A program made the translations under genes and the position numbers. From positions 32,001 through 96,000 of the forward strand of contig CBDBPB010000004.1 of NCBI GenBank assembly GCA_965208615.1: a stretch of DNA of 64,000 nucleotides. Direction: 5' to 3'. The stretch is from Spirochaetota bacterium (GTDB taxonomy: Bacteria; Spirochaetota; UBA6919; CBDBPB01). The notes under the pieces were generated by a model, which ran no database searches, was not told the origin of the DNA, and was given only the letters and a program-made list of their open reading frames with translations. The number at the start of each line of letters is the position of its first letter. The stretch's first letter is position 1. Positions 61,693 to 64,000 of this stretch are shown here, one piece after another.

Positions 61693-63999
61693 TTACTTAA
61701 TAAAAAACTCAGTAACACCATATCCCCCAGCCTCTGGTCTGGCTAAGTTATACGACTCAATATGTGGATGAGCTTTTAATAACTGTTCAACAAGTGATCT
61801 TAATATACCACTACCCTTTCCATGAACTATACGCCCCTTTAGCATAGCCGATGAATATAACCTGTCAATGTATAACTCAGCCTTTCGTATTGCCTCATCC
61901 CCGCGTAAGCCAATAAGATTAAGTTCAATAGGTATTGTCTCTTTGGGTAACTCATAAGATGCAGACGGCTCATCCTCTAATGGTGTATCAACTGGCACTC
62001 TAAGATCATCCAAACTAGTGCTAACCTTAATATCACCAACCTGAACAGTAACCGATGACTTTGATATATTATAAACCTTGCCAGTTTTGTTTAAACTGTC
62101 TATATAAGCAGACTCCCCTACTTTCCACTCATGATCAGTATTTATATACGGCTTTTTAACCTCAACCTCTTTTAACATCTCTTTAGTACTAAGAGCAAAA
62201 CCCTCTATATCCTTTAAACCATCCTTCAATACCTTTTCAGTAGGCTCAACAGAACGAATCTCCTTGTATAAAGCAAGTACCTTTTTTCTAATATCAGTTA
62301 TCGTATTAATATTATCCGTTAACTTAAGACGCTTTATTTCTGCTATCTCTTTTTTAATAAGATCCTCTCTAACAGTAAGCTCAGCCTCCTTACGACTTAA
62401 AGTACTAAACTTATTAGCATAAGACTCGGTCAACTTAGCAACCCTATCCTTTTCCTCACTAATATTACTAATAAGCTCATCAGTCTTTGTATGGGTTTTT
62501 TTAAGTATACCCTTAGCCAAGTTAATAATATTAGTCTTTATTCCCAAAGTCTTTGCAATGCTTAAAGCATTACTCCCACCGCTCATACCGTAAATTAACC
62601 TATAAATAGGCTTAAGTGCCTTTATATCAAACTCACAACAAGCATTCTCAACACGATTATTAAATAGTGGATAGCCCTTAATCTTTGCATAGTGAGTAGT
62701 AATAACCGCTTTTGAACCAATAGACCTAAACTCATCCAAAAGTGCAATACCAAGGGCACTACCCTCATCAGGATCAGTGCCAGCTCCAAGCTCATCAATT
62801 AATACAAGACTATCTTTAGTTGTGTTAGCAAGAATATCAACTATCTGCTTTATATGACCAGAAAATGTAGATAAACTCTGTTCAATACTCTGCTCATCAC
62901 CGCTGTCAATAAAAATGTTATCCACCACAGATATAGAACTACCCTCATTAACAGGTATTAATAAGCCATTTATAGCCATCATAGTCAAAAGACCAAGAGT
63001 CTTTAAAGCTACAGTCTTGCCCCCAGTATTAGGCCCAGTAATAATCAGTATATCATAAGCCTCACCAAGAAAAAGATCAACAGGGATAACATCACCATGC
63101 AATAATGGATGGCGTGCCATATATAACTTAAAATACCCTCTATCATTTACGTCAGGGAGTATAGCATTCATCTGTATGGCAAGCTTAGCCTTAGAGTAAA
63201 TAAGATCAATAACAGATATATTGGCAAGGGACTCATTAATCCCCATAAGATTATCCCTTATACCCTTAGTCAGAGCCTTTAAAATATTAATCTCTTCTGC
63301 CTTCTCCTCCCTGAATAAAGCTATTAAATAGTTATTATCCTCAACAACCTGTTCAGGCTCAATAAATAAAGTCTCCCCACTAGACGACGTATCAGTCACT
63401 ATACCCTTAAGCTTGCCTTTGTGATCCCTCTTTATGGGGATAACATATCTATCGTCCCTCACGGTTACAATATGGTCCTGTATTACATGAGTATAATCTG
63501 TGTGTCTTAGAATAGCCCTAAGCCTGGTCTCTATATGCTTTTTCTTTGAACGAATACTACTACGGATTGTCTTTAACTCAACACTAGCAGAATCAACTAT
63601 ATTAGCCCTGTTATCAATGGCCTTTAATATAGTGTTTTCTATCTGATCAAAGTCATAGATAGCTAAAACTAACTCCATAAGGCTAGGGGTAAAATCCCTA
63701 TACTTAACTATATGCCTCTTTATTAGTTTTAATCCCCCTAAAGTAAAGGCAACCCTTAATAGCTCATCAGCAAATAAAAAACTATTATCAAGCCTAGCAC
63801 GATGAAGCTCCGATGATATGTCGTGAATAGCTAAAGCTGGAAAGTCATGTTCCCTAATAATAGATGTCATCTCAAAAGTCTTGTTAAGAGCATCCCTAAC
63901 CTCTGATAGGTTAGTACAGTGAGTCATGTTATCCACCTCCATAACGCCCAATGGAGACATGGATAAGCCCTTTAGCTTTTCTTTAATAACATCCCACTC
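61693..63999 (-). CDS. mutS2: Endonuclease MutS2 (5' end outside window)
   Basis: TGPNTGGKT, QSLSTFSGH, DELGAGTDP, Smr domain VHGKGSG; frame open to window edge. Confidence 0.95.
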   Translation of the reverse strand, partial: EWDVIKEKLKGLSMSPLGVMEVDNMTHCTNLSEVRDALNKTFEMTSIIREHDFPALAIHDISSELHRARLDNSFLFADELLRVAFTLGGLKLIKRHIVKYRDFTPSLMELVLAIYDFDQIENTILKAIDNRANIVDSASVELKTIRSSIRSKKKHIETRLRAILRHTDYTHVIQDHIVTVRDDRYVIPIKRDHKGKLKGIVTDTSSSGETLFIEPEQVVEDNNYLIALFREEKAEEINILKALTKGIRDNLMGINESLANISVIDLIYSKAKLAIQMNAILPDVNDRGYFKLYMARHPLLHGDVIPVDLFLGEAYDILIITGPNTGGKTVALKTLGLLTMMAINGLLIPVNEGSSISVVDNIFIDSGDEQSIEQSLSTFSGHIKQIVDILANTTKDSLVLIDELGAGTDPDEGSALGIALLDEFRSIGSKAVITTHYAKIKGYPLFNNRVENACCEFDIKALKPIYRLIYGMSGGSNALSIAKTLGIKTNIINLAKGILKKTHTKTDELISNISEEKDRVAKLTESYANKFSTLSRKEAELTVREDLIKKEIAEIKRLKLTDNINTITDIRKKVLALYKEIRSVEPTEKVLKDGLKDIEGFALSTKEMLKEVEVKKPYINTDHEWKVGESAYIDSLNKTGKVYNISKSSVTVQVGDIKVSTSLDDLRVPVDTPLEDEPSASYELPKETIPIELNLIGLRGDEAIRKAELYIDRLYSSAMLKGRIVHGKGSGILRSLVEQLLKAHPHIESYNLARPEAGGYGVTEFFIK

Positions 64000-64000
64000 A

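Overview
AT-rich bacterial chromosome segment, probably from a spirochaete (flhA-flhF-flhG-fliA-fapA block, SpiroCoCo-like coiled-coil protein). Most of it is housekeeping: dnaK paralog, hemW, lepB, pyrRBC, htrA, XPB helicase, prfB with programmed frameshift, ribBA, xerD, fur, mutS2. Two regions stand out. (1) A non-coding element with no transposase occurs three times (about 8.0-8.5, 51.3-52.1 and 59.1-60.8 kb). The complete copy has TGTTA...TAACA ends and is flanked by a 246-bp direct repeat of the fur 3' end. Its left end is amplified into 15 x 74-bp tandem units. It carries a ~300-nt core whose long-range helices show compensatory changes between copies and enclose a 20-23 codon ORF. (2) An accessory block at about 39.4-51.3 kb holds a candidate sRNA, two small ORFs missing from the ORF track and a two-component system. 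It also holds a gNOR-type heme-copper enzyme (D,D,H,H site, subunit II without CuA), a molybdopterin operon behind a P3-less Moco/Tuco riboswitch, and a DUF5131 gene whose partner gene is truncated by the element. All calls come from reading motifs by eye; no searches or folding programs were run.
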